Under the pieces are notes generated by a model. It was not told where the DNA came from, ran no database searches, and worked only from the letters and a program-made list of their open reading frames with translations. Below are positions 35,752-48,467 of a stretch of 64,000 bases of DNA, one piece after another. Made by a program: the position numbers and the translations under genes. Origin of the DNA: Sphaerodactylus townsendi (taxonomy: Eukaryota); assembly GCF_021028975.2 (NCBI RefSeq), contig NC_059437.1, positions 57,040,001 to 57,104,000 of the forward strand. The letters are read 5' to 3'. The number at the start of each line of letters is the position of its first letter. The first letter of the stretch is position 1.

Positions 35752-37187
35752 TGTAAACCCCATGCTCAGAATGGGTTGACCCAGTAAGGGGTGGAGACTC
35801 AAAGCAGCAGAAGGCTGCAGAGCCCGCGAAGTTTGGAGAGAAGCAAGGTACCGCCAGACTTCGACCTTGATTTGAATAAGCCCTTAACAAAGGTTTCTTT
35901 TGCTTGATTGTAATGGGTGAGAGTTCTCCTGGAAACCTTCATCATATTGAATCCTGTTCACCAAGCCCTTGGAGTCTTCAGGACCCAACCCACTTGCAAG
36001 AAGAATTGGACTTGGCAGTATCAGTAGACTGTAAATATAAGGACTTGAAAATGCAACCTGAACAGGACCTTGAAGTGTGATGTTAAATGTTGATGTTATA
36101 TGTCAGTGGTGGCGAACCTTATGGCACGGGTGCTAGCCAGGTGGCACTCAGAGCTCCTCACTGTGGGCACGCTGTAAACAGAGTCAGCCTCCCACACATA
36201 CATACATCTAGGCTGGCTCTGGGCCTCTGGAAGCTTAAATTATTGAAGCGATTAAACCTAAGACCTAGTTTTGAACACAGGAAGCTGTGTAAGAGTAACC
36301 CTGTTAAAGTGCCTGTTAAACCCCACTGATTTTTTCTGTGAGAAGAACTAAAGCGCAACTTTAGCACCAGAGTAAGCCTGCAGTTGCTGCAATGGGGCTT
36401 GCTTCTAGAGTAAAACCTCCTAGGTCGCGGATTCACCCGCTGGAAGAAGTTGTACGGTTGCTTCAAAAGCAAAAGCCACCGACTGCCACCAAACTACTCC
36501 TGCGTAAGCGCCACCTCGGACTCCAGAGGTGGGGATCCAGCAGAGTTCTCGCTATGGTTCCCCGAGAGTAGGTTACTAATTGACTTTGTGTGCCGCAGAG
36601 GCTACTTCACCTCGCGAGGATTTTGCCACGCGGATTTTGCCTTTGAAGCTGGGCGCGCTCTCCTTCGCCAGCAGTAGTGCGCAGAACTTGAAGCAGTTCT
36701 TTAGCAGGAGGTGTTCATGCTATCGCGTGGCAGCCTGCACCTGCATGCATTTGTTTCGCCTAATGATCGCGAAATGCTGCATCCTTTGCCACAGCCCCTC
36801 CCAGGAATGCCGCTCGCTCGAATGCCTGTGGCCATGTCCCTCGTCAAGCCCAGCTCCAGCCCCATTGGCGCTACCCCAGTTTGAACTTCATCACCATGGG
36901 AACCTGTTACTAAAATTTTGGATCCCACCACTGCTCAGACCCAACCGCTTTCTAAACTAAAAGAACCTCAAGTATCTGTGGGTTAAAATTGTCGTGTTGG
37001 CACTTCTTTGCCCGATGAAATAAGTGGGTTATGGGTTGCAATTTGGGCACTCGGACTCAAAAAGGTTCGCCATCACTGTTATATGTTAATAAAGTAAACC
37101 ATTTTGTTGTTTTAAAAATTTGTTGTTGCAAACTCTATCTCAAGTACCGGCCCCACAGAACTCCATTGGCCAGATAGAGAGGTTACA
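35752..37187 (+). mobile_element. Probable solo LTR (about 450 bp net) split by nested MITEs
   Basis: TGTAAACC...GGTTACA termini, internal AATAAA near 37088, imperfect 4-bp TSD CCTA/CCTG. Confidence 0.45.
36104..37078. mobile_element. hAT MITE (same family as 58430-58919) with a second MITE nested at 36524-36933
   Basis: CAGTGGTGGCGAACC...GGTTCGCCATCACTG TIRs, 8-bp TSD TTATATGT; inner element has the termini of 14173-14713 in opposite orientation. Confidence 0.85.
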
Positions 37188-37299
37188 CCTGCAGCCAGTC
37201 ATGGAAGCTGGATTAGAGGTAGAACAAAGCTTGAAACTCGAGACTCTGACTGTAGTCGAAGGTTCCCCGGAGTTCGTGAGCAGGAAGAGCAAAACTGTG

Positions 37300-37880
37300 G
37301 GACCTTCAGACTGTCCTTGGATGGGGTTATGATGCTCCTTTTGGGAAACCAGCTTTGCAGCTTGGGAGTGCTGCTGGACCCAGCGGGCACCATGGAAAAC
37401 CAGTTGGCTGCTGCAGTCCAGCGTGTTTTTGCCCAGCTTCGACTGGTGCATCAGCTGCGTTCGTTCCAGGGACAGTCAGATCTGGCCACAGTGATCCATG
37501 CCTTGGCTGCATCTAGCCTGACTGCTTAAAATCTCCTCTGTTGGAGCTACAATTCTGGTGAAGAGTGTTCAGAGGCTGCACCAGTACTGCAGAACAATGC
37601 GTTGCCGGAACAGCTGGCTGGGGTCAGCTCTTGCCCTTGCGTGGTGACCCTAACATTTTACTGCTTTCATTTTCACGGTGGCTTCCACCAATTCGTTCCC
37701 TGCCCAATTCAAGGCCTTGTTTTCCCGTTCTAAAGCCCTGCATGACTTGGGACCAGAGTATCCGAAGGACCACCTCCTCCCAGATGTTCCTGCCCAGAAT
37801 CAGCATCACAGGGAGAGGCCCGTCAATCAAAGATGCTTGTCTGGTGGGTTTGTTTTGGTGGAAGTTCCACAATTGCAGAA
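37300..37880 (+). mobile_element. Degenerate L2 LINE ORF2 fragment
   Basis: SLGVLLDP...MENQLAAAVQRVFAQLRLVHQLR...DLATVIHAL is the L2 post-RT region. Confidence 0.8.
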
Positions 37881-38027
37881 CAACCTGTCCACTGGTTTTA
37901 TGCTTCCTTATTATAGTTGATTCATTTTGCCAGCTGCCTGGAGCGCCCTCGGAAGGAAGGTGGCAAAGAGAGAGGCCAAGCGAATGAATAAGCAGAGGGT
38001 CGGGGCAAGGGATCCACGCAGCCTTAC

Positions 38028-38155
38028 CGTGCTGTCCAGCCCCAGCGTTACCATCATGAGGAAGAAGAGGATGGCGAAGAAGGTGGAGCTTCGACCTCAT
38101 GTTGCCCGATGGCTCCCAGGGATAGGTGTGAGGGGATGAAGAGGGAGGCTGGGTC
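38028..38155 (-). CDS. slc6a4b: slc6a4b-like exon (PSL..FI..TYP..AI..NM..STFFAILFFLMMVTLGLDST); 5' half indel-disrupted
   Basis: 3' half intact with ACG|gtaagg donor; 5' half has extra bases (about 128 nt versus 113). Confidence 0.8.
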
Positions 38156-38287
38156 TCATGGAGGAACTGCATTGTGCCACCTTCCATCAGGCAGAGGCAC
38201 GGAGGAAACGGAGCCCAGGTGGGCCAAGAGAGACCCTCCTCTACATGGAGGCGGAGGACTTCCTCTCCCTCTCCCATCATACTAGGT

Positions 38288-38432
38288 CCGTGGTGGTGAA
38301 CCTTTGGCACTCCAGATGTTATGGACTGCTGGGTTTCAGCCCCCCTGCCAGCATGGCCAATTGCCATGCTGGCAGGGGCTGATTGGAATTGTAGTCCATA
38401 ACATCTGGAGTGCCAAAGGTTCGCCACCACTG
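38288..38432. mobile_element. Palindromic hAT MITE
   Basis: Same family as 23561-23706; 8-bp TSD TACTAGGT. Confidence 0.88.
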
Positions 38433-39307
38433 TACTAGGTCTTGGTGGGTGGTGGGGCACCCAGTGAAGGTGACTGGCAAAAGGAAGTACTTCTTTGCTG
38501 CAGGATGTCATCGTGGCAATAGCTTAAAGAGGTGGTGTGGCGCAGTGGCTAGAGTGTCAGACCAGCTTCTGGGAGCCCCTGATTCAAACGCCTCCAAATT
38601 GGTCATGAAGCTTATTGGGAGAGTTGGACCAGTCACTCTCCTTTTGCATCCCCTTCCTCACAGGGCCGTTGTGAAGGTAAAAAGGAGAAAAGGCCCGAGA
38701 TAGACTAGCTTAGCTGACTCTGAGGGGAGAAAGGGCCTCCATGTTTGGAGACAGTCTATCTGAATGCCAGGGCTGGGGGCAGCGACAGGGTAGGACTCTT
38801 CTGTGCTCTGCTTGTTGGCTTCTCATAGGCCTCGGGTTGGTCGCTGTGGGAAACAGGATTGGGGAGGGCTGGATGGACTATTTTCTGGTCTGGGGCGGCT
38901 GTTTAGGCAGAAAGTGGACTTTCCTTTCATTGTGATTTTCTCCTGGGAAACTTGTTAATGGATTTTCTGCTGCTCTGGGGATGGGATGCCTCGAAGTGGA
39001 CTATCCAGGCTCCTTGGAGCTCCCCAGAATATTCCCGGGGCTCAGGACTTAGAAGCGGGAGCCCCTCCCCCCTGCATTGATATCAGCCCTTGATGATGGC
39101 GTTAACATGCCAGAATTCAGTTTGGTCACCTGACCTACCCCAGCTCTCAGAGGCTCATGGACTGCAAGTCTTCCATCATCCCCGCCAGCATGGCCAACTG
39201 GCTGGCAGTGAAGGATGGGATTTGTAGTCCATGATTACCTCTGGAGAGCCTGCAGGTTGCAGACTCTCTTTTGCGCCAGATGGAGGGGGGGTGGGCGCTG
39301 CACTCAC

Positions 39308-39445
39308 TCTTGTCTCTTGCCACGTCCCTTCCACTTCCATGCCTCCATTTCAGGCCATGTAGCCCAAGACTGTGAAAAAAATGACAACCCCGGGAAGGAA
39401 GCTGGCAGAAGCTGGATGATGGTTGGTGGTGGACGACGGGCTGCC
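39308..39445 (-). CDS. slc6a4b: slc6a4b-like exon, TM7 (SFL..VI..FTVLGYMA..EM..DVARDK), indel-disrupted as written
   Basis: TTC ACA GTC TTG GGC TAC ATG GCC and GAC GTG GCA AGA GAC AAG before gtgagt; about 138 nt versus 128. Confidence 0.75.
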
Positions 39446-39746
39446 CTCGTATGTGTGTGGCGGCAGAGGTGGGAGGGGTGGGGTAGAGAAGAAAAGAGAG
39501 GAAACAGGCTGAGGAGGCTTGATCTAGGGTTGCCAACCTCCAGGTGAGAGGTGGAGATCTGGAATTACATCTGATCTCCAGATTATATGAATCACTTTGT
39601 TCAAAACATTTCTTTCATGTCTTCTGAAGCAAATGGCTGCCTGACACTAGACCTTACCCAGGTCCCTCCCTAGAGCCCCCTCTTCCAGGCCCCACCCTCC
39701 AGGTATTTTTGAATGGGGGGGGTGTCATAGGATCCTGGGTGCCTAC

Positions 39747-39850
39747 CTGTAGCAGTTGTTGTGGAATGGGTTGTAGCTGGCCAGAGCGAGAAGCACCCCA
39801 AAGCCTGGCCCCAGCGAGAAGAAGATCTGGGCAGCTGCGTCGACCCACAC
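39747..39850 (-). CDS. slc6a4b: slc6a4b-like exon, TM6 ([35 protein letters not shown])
   Basis: 104 nt, canonical sites; SERT-type [15 protein letters not shown]. Confidence 0.95.
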
Positions 39851-41443
39851 CTGGACAGACCCAGAGACAGAGAAGCTCCCGCTAAGAGCAGCCTGGTTGA
39901 GGGGCCCAGACCCGTCCTCAGATGCTGAGAGCAGCTGCACTCAGGACCCCAAGGGGCCCAGCAGTCTCCGGGGTCATTGGAGGGCCCCTTCCTTCTCATG
40001 CCACATCAGAAGGCCCTGACCTCACAGTCCCACAGTCCCACAGAATCCTTTCTGGGAATTCAGTCGCAGCATCTTCTGCCATATTGCCAATGATCCTGAG
40101 GTACCCCCCCCTGCACCCTGAAGCCTCTCACACTCCTTGCCCTGACTTAGCAGTCCCTGCACAAACACAGACATCAGGCAAAGTCTGGGAGGGCAGTCCT
40201 GTCAGCCTACACCAGGACAGCTGAGTTCTGAAACTCATCCCCTGAAGATCTTGGGGTCCCCTAAGGATGCTCCTGGACTCGACTCTCACACCCCAAGCAA
40301 GAGGTTGTGCCGTCTTCAGAGTCTAGGGAAAAGCAAGAAAAGTCTGGACACCTCCCCTACCCTTCCAGCCTACCTCTCTGAGTGGCATGAGCAGGATAAG
40401 GGGGTGTGTGTGTGTGTGTGTGTGCGTGCGTGCACAGAAGAACACCCCCCCCACCCCCTGCTCAATTGTACGTGGCCCCATCCTTGCAGAAGGGTTGGGT
40501 TCTTCTGCTGCATAGCATCCCCCCCCCCCCCATGGAATTACCATTAATGAAAATTCATGTGTGTGTTTGGCTCAGAGGTCCTGGCAGGCAGGAGAGCCAT
40601 TGTTGGGCTGGCTTTACAAAACGGAGGCTGAAAAGGAGCAGCCTCCGGGAGAGGAAACGCCCCCCCCCCCACCATCACACATAGACACAGACAACAAATC
40701 AGATGGGTGATTCAATTAGAGATTTGCATTTCTAAGGGCCTCTGTTTTCCAAGGGAATAATGAACCTCCTTGGACCCTCTGATCTTCTGTGGGGGCCCTG
40801 GCAGATGGAAGGGGGGGGGGCTCTCATGTGTATATAAACAAAGATGGTGGGGGGGGGGGGTCTTGGATTCAACAGGTGCAATAAATGATGCTTTGCCGTG
40901 AGCTGCTGGTCCCACTGGCTGCTCAGCTTTTTCACCAGGAAGATTCTGCCCTTCAGAACCAGGACTGGGCATCAAAAGTCCTGGAATACACTGATGGTGT
41001 CACCTGGCGGCCTGAAGTGAGGTCACCTGGCAGCCTATTTTCTTTTCACAGAGAGACCTACAGGATTCTGGGGGAGGGGGCTTTGGCTCTTGATCTTGGT
41101 TTGAACTGCCCAAGACAGAAGGGGGAGGGGCAGTAGAGAAATTCAATACCATAAATAAAACCAAAGACGATGGATGGAAAATTGTGTGAAGACGGCAGGC
41201 CAGGCACCATGACACACACTCAGGAGCCCTGATGCTAAGCACATTCAAACGCTGAATGCTGCTAAAACGGGGCGGGGGGGAGGGCAAATGAAAGGCACAG
41301 GACAGCAACATTCAACAGGTTTCCTGTGCAAGAGCTGCAAGCAAGAGTAGTCTATCTGAGCTGCGAGCCCTGGGATTTCCAACAGCACACCAATAGGCTG
41401 AGGTGCCCAGAACTCGTCACAAGATCAGGCCAATCAAGTAGTG

Positions 41444-41575
41444 CACAGGTGTCAAACTCGCGGCCCTCTAGATGTTATGGACTACAGTTCCCATCATCCC
41501 CTGCCAGGATGCTGGCAGGGGATGATGGGAACTGTAGTCCATAACATCTGGAGGACTGCGAGTTTGACACCTATG
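41444..41575. mobile_element. Palindromic hAT MITE, second family (CACAGGTGTCAAAC...GTTTGACACCTATG)
   Basis: Inverted repeat; TSD AAGTAGTG/GAGTAGTG. Confidence 0.85.
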
Positions 41576-41627
41576 GAGTAGTGGGTCTGCTCCACACATG
41601 CTCCAGTCTCTGGTCCAAGTGGAAGAC

Positions 41628-41723
41628 TGTAAGGTGGAAGACAACCACCCCGGGCACGAAGCCCAGAACGAGGAATGCGCCAAGGCCAGGCAGAAAGAGC
41701 AGAAACTAACCCCCACCCTTACA
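41628..41723. mobile_element. 96-bp miniature solo-LTR-like element
   Basis: TGTAAGG...CCTTACA termini, 5-bp TSD AAGAC, core motif shared with 15759-16090. Confidence 0.75.
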
Positions 41724-41935
41724 AAGACTGTCTGGGGGGCTGAAATCACCCTTGGCAGGACTGGCAGCCCTCTTTGGCTTCCTCCTACTGGCTACACTGT
41801 CTGGAAGCTCTGCCTGCCCTACAGCTGATAAATGCCGAGGCAGCTGGGGCGGGGGGGGGGGGGAGAAGCTGGCAGACCTCGCTGTGCAGTGTGAGGGAGC
41901 AACTGGCCACATCTGCATGCACCCAGCTGGCTTAC

Positions 41936-42070
41936 AGCTGTGCTCTTGAGCTTCTCCCAGTTGGGCTGCAGGTAGAAGACGATTCCTCTCCAGGCTCCGG
42001 GCAAAGTGGACCCACGGATCAGTAGGATGAGCAGAACAACGTAGGGGAGGGTGGCCGTCACCCACACCAC
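41936..42070 (-). CDS. slc6a4b: slc6a4b-like exon, TM5 ([45 protein letters not shown])
   Basis: 135 nt, canonical sites. Confidence 0.95.
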
Positions 42071-42493
42071 CTGCAAGGGAGAAAAACCCAGTGGCAATGT
42101 CCACGCCCGACACCCACATTCTAGATGCATTCTGCACCCCCATCCCAGTAGTGGTGGCTAAAGAGTCAGACGTGGGCCTGGGAGCCCCAGGTTCCAATTC
42201 CTCACTCTGCCGTGGAAGCTCTCGAGGTGACCTGGGGCCACTCATACTCTCTCAGCCTATCCTACCTCACAGGGTAGTTGTGAGGATGAAATGGAGGAGA
42301 GCAGAATTATGTCAGCTGCTTTGGACCCCCATTGCAGAGAAAGGGGGGGGGCATAAATGAAGTAAATTAACAGACATGGCAGCCGTCTGCAATCTTTCAA
42401 ATGCACGGGCTGTCCTGGGAACTTCTCCCCTCTTCCCACCGGGTTTGTTTCTGGCCAAAGCCCCAAACCATTTAAATGTGCCCTGGAATGTAC

Positions 42494-42632
42494 CTTTCCA
42501 GAGGTCTTGACCCCCTTCCAGAGGCTGAAGTAGACAATGGCAAAGATGGCGAAGAGGCAGAGGAGCAGGTGCCAGCGGATCTCGCCCACCTTGTCCAGGC
42601 CGTGCGAGTTCTGGAGCGCCAGAACTCTCCTC
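42494..42632 (-). CDS. slc6a4b: slc6a4b-like exon, TM4 (RRVLALQNSHGLDKVGEIRWHLLLCLFAIFAIVYFSLWKGVKTSGK)
   Basis: 139 nt, canonical sites. Confidence 0.95.
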
Positions 42633-43146
42633 CTGCAGCACAGAGAAATGGAAATGAGGCACCACACCCAGACTGGGCCAACAAGGCGTTTCCTGGAGCC
42701 CTGGGGGCCAGCTGCTCTGGTGGGAAAGGCCACGCTTTGGCCCCTGGGTCAGGGGCTAAGGAAGGCCTTTGCCGTGCCTGAGGCCCAGCAAGAGGAAACA
42801 GGAGATGCGCCAGCATTCGACCTCCAAGTGAGGACTCCGCATGGTGTTCCCAGGGGGACGTCAGCTGGACCCGCTGGGGGTGGAGGTGTGGGGCAGGAAT
42901 CTCCCTGTGGGAGAAAGGCCAGGAAGGGGCAGGATGGATTATTGTGCCTTGGTCTGACTTCTAAACATTTAGAAATAGATCAATTCACAACTGGTTCCCT
43001 TGGTGCACATCAGAGAGCCCTTCAAGACAACGGAATGAAGGTTAAGATTTCCAGAGGTTTTGCCATTTCTAGAGATGTTGGCCCCCTCTTTGCCAGGGCA
43101 CAGCTGCCTCTGCCCCCCCCAGGGCCCCCGCCAGCCCCCCCCTTAC

Positions 43147-43366
43147 ATGTAAAACTCCTCAGCTGGGGAGCTGGAGTCCTTCGTCCAGGTGACGTTGCTC
43201 CCCCCAAAGTAGCTGGTGCAGTTGGGGGTGTTCCAGGGGTTGCCACACGTGGTCCAGGGCAGAGTGGCAGTGAAGGAGGAGTAGAAATAGTAGAGGGCCC
43301 AGGCAATGATGGTGTTGTAGTAGAAGGAGACATAGAGGTTGATGATGCAGATGGCAAAGCCGATGC
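43147..43366 (-). CDS. slc6a4b: slc6a4b-like exon, TM3/EL2 ([73 protein letters not shown])
   Basis: 220 nt, canonical sites, EL2 disulfide CxxxWNTxxC. Confidence 0.95.
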
Positions 43367-44390
43367 CTGCAGGGAGAACAACCGGGCACTGAAAGGCCGG
43401 GCCGTGGGTCGCCGCCCCTCACTCCCCCTCCCAGCTACCCTGGGACCCAAAAACCCTGGAGCTTTTTCAATCAGATGGCCTCCAGATTAGGACTACTGGG
43501 CGAGGAGTGAGAGTTCACCTGGGAGGATGAAGTTCACCTGCAGGGGGCAAGAAAGGGGCCAGTCCCTCCAGGACCAGCAAGGACTGCTGCTGCCCAGCCT
43601 GTTCCACAGGTAGTAGCAGCAGGTCTGTAGAAACCTGAGGGTGACGCCTTGTATAGCCTGGAGCCAAACGGCTCAGGGGCTGCCTCCCTCAAGAAGATGC
43701 TGGTGTGTCTCCATGCCCAGACAGGGCCATTTTCTGCAGCTACAGGCAAAGTGGAGGAATGGCAAAGTCTCGTGTGAAGCCGGGCACATGCTTCATGCGT
43801 TGCTTTGCCTGCCAGTTTGGCTAATGCCAGCCTGTTCCTGGGTGTTGCTGGGGGCCCACAGGCCACCCTGTGCTACTGTGCTTTTGTCTCAGAGGCCGGA
43901 TGAAGTCCTGAAGTGGGTGGTACTTCTGTGAGTCGGTACCCCTGCAAGCAGAGGGGGGGGCAGCAGAGGAGAGCAGGAATTGGGGGCCATTTGATCTGGC
44001 ATCTGGGAACTGTCTCTGCCACTTCAGTTCAACTGCTTAAAGAAATTAATTTTGGAACGGGTGGAGTGAAATATGTCTCTGAATGATGAGACCCAACTTG
44101 ACTCAGTGTGTCCTGCATCTTAGAAGCCTGCAGCCCCCTCCCCTCCCCGGCACTTGCTTGGTTCCCTGGGCATATGCCTTGTTCCTTATTTAACTCGTCT
44201 TCTGACTCTCTGCCTCAGGGCAAGACTAAGCTCAGTGCTGCGGCCCTGTTAGGTTTAGGAAGACCAGTAGTGTTACCAAAAGAATAGATATTCCAAGGGG
44301 GTGTATTTGGAGGCCTCTCTTAATCCAAAGCTCTCAGCTTGTGCAGCTGGTACCCAAAACTGGCCCCAGAGCTCTTCCTTGCCTTTTTAC

Positions 44391-44525
44391 CTTTAAAGAT
44401 GGGGCAGATGTTCTTCCAGATGGGAATGGCCCCAACCCTGTGGAATTGCCCCAGAGCCAGCTCCATGTAAAAGAGGGGCACTCCTCCAAAAATGGCCATC
44501 AGGGCATATGGGATGAGGAAGGCTC
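44391..44525 (-). CDS. slc6a4b: slc6a4b-like exon, TM2 ([45 protein letters not shown])
   Basis: 135 nt, canonical sites. Confidence 0.95.
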
Positions 44526-44902
44526 CTGCAGAGAGAGGAAGGCAAAACCCAAGCGTTAAGGCACGACTTCCACGGGACCCTCCCAACTGGCAGCTGGTCT
44601 CTCCTGATATCTCTGGCAGCATCTTGGTGCCCAGGAAGGGGAAGTCTGGCCTTTTCTGCAGATGTGTCTGTTGTGGATTCTGGTTCCAAATCGCTCCAGT
44701 TCACCCCCTCCTTCCCTTATACATTTATGTGCCTCCAGTTTTTGCCTCATTCCCTCCCCTCCTGTTTCCTTTGAGACCACTTAAATGCTGTTAAGTCACC
44801 TCCAACTTATAGCAGTCCTATGAATCAGCGCCCCCCACCCCAAACATTCAAGCATTAACTGCCTTCTTCAGAGCAAACTGAAGGCCGTGGCTCCCTCTAC
44901 AG

Positions 44903-45037
44903 CATAGGCGTCAAACTCGTGGCCCTCCAGATGTTATGGACTACAGTTCCCATCATCCCCCACCAGCATCATGCTGGCAGGGGATGATGGGAACAGTAGT
45001 CCATAACATCTGGAGGGCCGCAAGTTTGACACCTGTG
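44903..45037. mobile_element. Palindromic hAT MITE, second family
   Basis: Inverted repeat; TSD CTCTACAG/CTCTGCAG. Confidence 0.85.
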
Positions 45038-47239
45038 CTCTGCAGACTACTGGCCCTTTTCTGGCAACCAGTTTTGGTTGTCTTTTTCCTTGTGCAAAAT
45101 GTCTTGGTCAACTCCCCACCCCAACCCCCCTTTTTCAATTATTGGATTGTCATCATCATCAAACTATGGCTTTTCCTCCCCTCCCCCAAAATATTTTCAT
45201 TTCAATTATGTTTGTACCCCGCCCTATCCCCGAAGGGCTTGGGGCGGCTCACAACCCAGCAAAAATACATACTAGCAATACAGCAAAACACATGGTAACA
45301 ATAATAAATACATACTGCTAAATAGCCTCATTTCAGATGGCGACTTAAATTACAAGTGATACAACTTCTAACACCATAAACAGCAGTACTAACAATAAAT
45401 ACAACTAATCCATGCAATACCTAAAGCTTAAAATACATCAATACATACAATAAATCAATACATATAATGGATCAATAATTTAACAGTATCAGAGTGGCAA
45501 TGCAAAACTAATAGAATTTAATGGATACTTCTCAACATTGTTAACGATGCACCAATATACACTAAACAGTACAAACTTCATGATAATACATAATCAAAAT
45601 CAACAAATAGCCAGGAATAGACTGTATGAACATTTCCAAACTAACTACCCTAAACTAGACTACCCTATAGCTGCTGCAAGGAATGACCTTACTGAATTAC
45701 TTAGTGCCTACACTACATTTACTAACATAAGGAGGAGACTACAATCCCTAACTAAGAACACTAACTAATTCACTAACAACACCTAATAGCCTGTACTCCT
45801 AATAGTAGCTACACTTAAGGAGGGACAACAAAATGGGGATGTAAAAGTTCAGCACAGGAGGGCCAGCCCCTCCTCGGATAACTCCGCCGCCAACCTTGTC
45901 ATTTTATCCATTGTTAACCGTCCGTTGGGGGTCACCACTGGGGTGTGTGTGTTGTTTTTTATTTTTCCTTTTAAAAGGCACTAAAATATTGATACAGTGA
46001 TATCATTTTGCAATTATTGTTTCAGCAAGTTTCCTACATTCCCAGTTTTCATTTTTAAAAAGAAAAGTAGGCCTTCCCTTACAGAGATAAAAGGAAAAAA
46101 GGTACCTCTCCACAAGGGAGGGGGGTGTAGAGACTTTTTAATGAAAACTGGGAACTGAATAGTTTAAACTATCACTGAAACACTACGTCAATATATTGAT
46201 ATTTTCATGCCCTTTTTAAAAAATGTGGCTGTGATATCCAGATAGCAAGATTTATTTATTTGTTCGGTTTTAGTATACCGCCCCATCCCCAAGGGGCTCC
46301 GGGCGGTGTATATACATATACATATACATCAGAAATGAAAAGGTGGGTGTTGCTGGGGTGCCACTGATGACAACTGAACCATCTCTAGAAAACCCTCATT
46401 ATTTAAGACATGTGCAGAAGAAAATAAACTGACCTCACAACTGTGAAATGCAGAGAGAAGGCAAACCTATGGAAGGAGCAGGCGCACCCCGATGCCCCTA
46501 CTTGTGAAATGACTACCAAGAAAACCAGAAGACCCCTGATCATGTGGAGAAGGCCCTCTCCACTGCAGGCCAGAGGGGGTTTGGCGGGGGATGGGGGTGG
46601 GGCGTGTGCTTCCATTGGCAGTCCTGACTTCTGGCTCAGGGAAAGTGGCATGAATTTGCATCCAGCCAGTGCAATTATGTGCATAATTAACAATCTAATT
46701 AGCATGACATACAACGAGGGGGCCATTGCACCTCATCCCAATTCCCTCACTCTCCCCAAATTTATCAAAGCATCTTCATAGAGTTAAGGTTGGGCTGGGC
46801 GGTTAGGAAAGCCACAGGTTCAGACCCCAGCAGCATCTCAGACCTCAGCAGGAGGGGGGGGGGGATAAGACTGTAACCCAATGCACACTTACTCAGAAGC
46901 AAGTCCTATTGGGGGGAGAGTAAACCTGCATAGGGTCAGGCTGCCTCCCCCCCCCCCACACACACACGGCTCAGTCTTGTTGCTTTTAGATGAATGTGGA
47001 AAGCAGGATGACTTTGGGGAATGCAGGAAATGAGGAAGAACCATTTGTCTTCTGCAAATCCCCTTCTGTTTCAGAGGTTTGAGGGCACATTCTGTGTTGT
47101 GCTGAGGGCACATGGGTCTGTTGTACTAACTGCTTTACGTATGGGGGATTTGTGTATGTGTGCACGTGCACACACTTCCCTGTTTGGGGAAGCACTGTTA
47201 GCTGCAGCTATCAAGCACAAGTCTACTGTGTGGCTGGGA

Positions 47240-47380
47240 TCATAGAATCATAGAATCATAGAGTTGGAAGAGACCCACCAGGGCCATCAAGTCCACCCCC
47301 CTGCCATGCCAGAATACACAATCAAAGCACTCCCAACACATGTTCACCCAGCCTCTGTTTAAAAACCTCCAAAGAAGGAT
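47240..47380 (-). mobile_element. CR1 3' tail
   Basis: (CATAGAAT)n tail followed by agagttggaagag...aagtcca. Confidence 0.75.
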
Positions 47381-48467
47381 TGAACTGGGAGACTCCTGCA
47401 TTTCTCTGCAAAGGATTCAGTGCCCCCACGAAATCAAAAAGTGTGGTTAGACCCAAAAGGCACACAGCTGCATCCTGAAATCAGACCAGGTAGGTGGGGA
47501 GTTCTACCGCAGAAGGTGCCTTCCCCTCACCCGCTCTGTGCCCCAGTCTGAGACAACCTTACACAAAAAGTAGTGGCTGATGCAAGACGAGGGACAGTTC
47601 TGATGGTAAATTCTGTGAAGTGAGACATTATTATGGGAGCAAAATGAATCAATGGTCTGGCCCATAATTACAAATTTTAAGTAGTGTGTGTGTGTGGGGG
47701 GGGGTTAACTATTGCCTGCCCCCTTTGGTAGCAAGGTGAACATCTTGCAACAGGGAGACACCCCAGACACATCTGCACTAACTCCCTCTCTGTTGGGCAA
47801 AGCCAACTTTGCAGAATCGCTGTTGGCTCACTAAATGCAGGAAAGTTCTCGCTTCCACTTCCTCGGATTTGGCTGAGAATATCTGAGTTGCTTCCAAGGA
47901 CGCTGTTAACTTTGAAGGTGCCCCCAGACTCCGGTGTGGGCTTAGTTGCCCAGGTGAATTCTCTGACTTTTCTGCAGCTTTTTCTTTCTCTGACCGTCTC
48001 TTCTTGTGGCCTTGTGAACACTAACCAGTTTGGGGTCATGATTTAAAAAAAAATATAAATCCCAGCATAGACTTCCTAGGTTCAGGTTGCTCGACCCCAA
48101 AGGCTTTCTTGCTACAAGAAGACCCGATTCATCTGCCAGGCGCCGCAGCCAACCGGCAGGAGTTCAGCACCACGGACAGCTCTCGGGAGAGGCAGCCCCT
48201 CCGTCCAGCGACGCCCAGCTGGCCAGGAGCCCCCGCGGGTGTGGGGTCAGCGGCAAAACCTGGTCGGAAAGGAGGGGGTGCCACACCTCCTTTCCGATTC
48301 CTGTTTGGAAGGTACCCCCCCACCCTACCCGGGAGGCTTGCTAAGAACACGCGCTCCAAAGCCACGACGAGAGAGACAAGATCTTGCAGAGAGAACCGTG
48401 GGGAACTTTATCTATTTGCTGGTGGAGGGGAGGGGGTCAGAAATGCCTCGGGGGGGGGGGTCCTTAC

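Noticed and set aside
42537-43490. 317-aa plus-strand ORF
   Set aside because: Antisense shadow of two slc6a4b-like exons and the intron between them
45300-45830. A/C-rich stretch with a 76-aa ORF resembling mitochondrial DNA (NUMT)
   Set aside because: No recognisable mitochondrial protein or tRNA motif; better explained as a minus-strand LINE 3' UTR in a noisy patch
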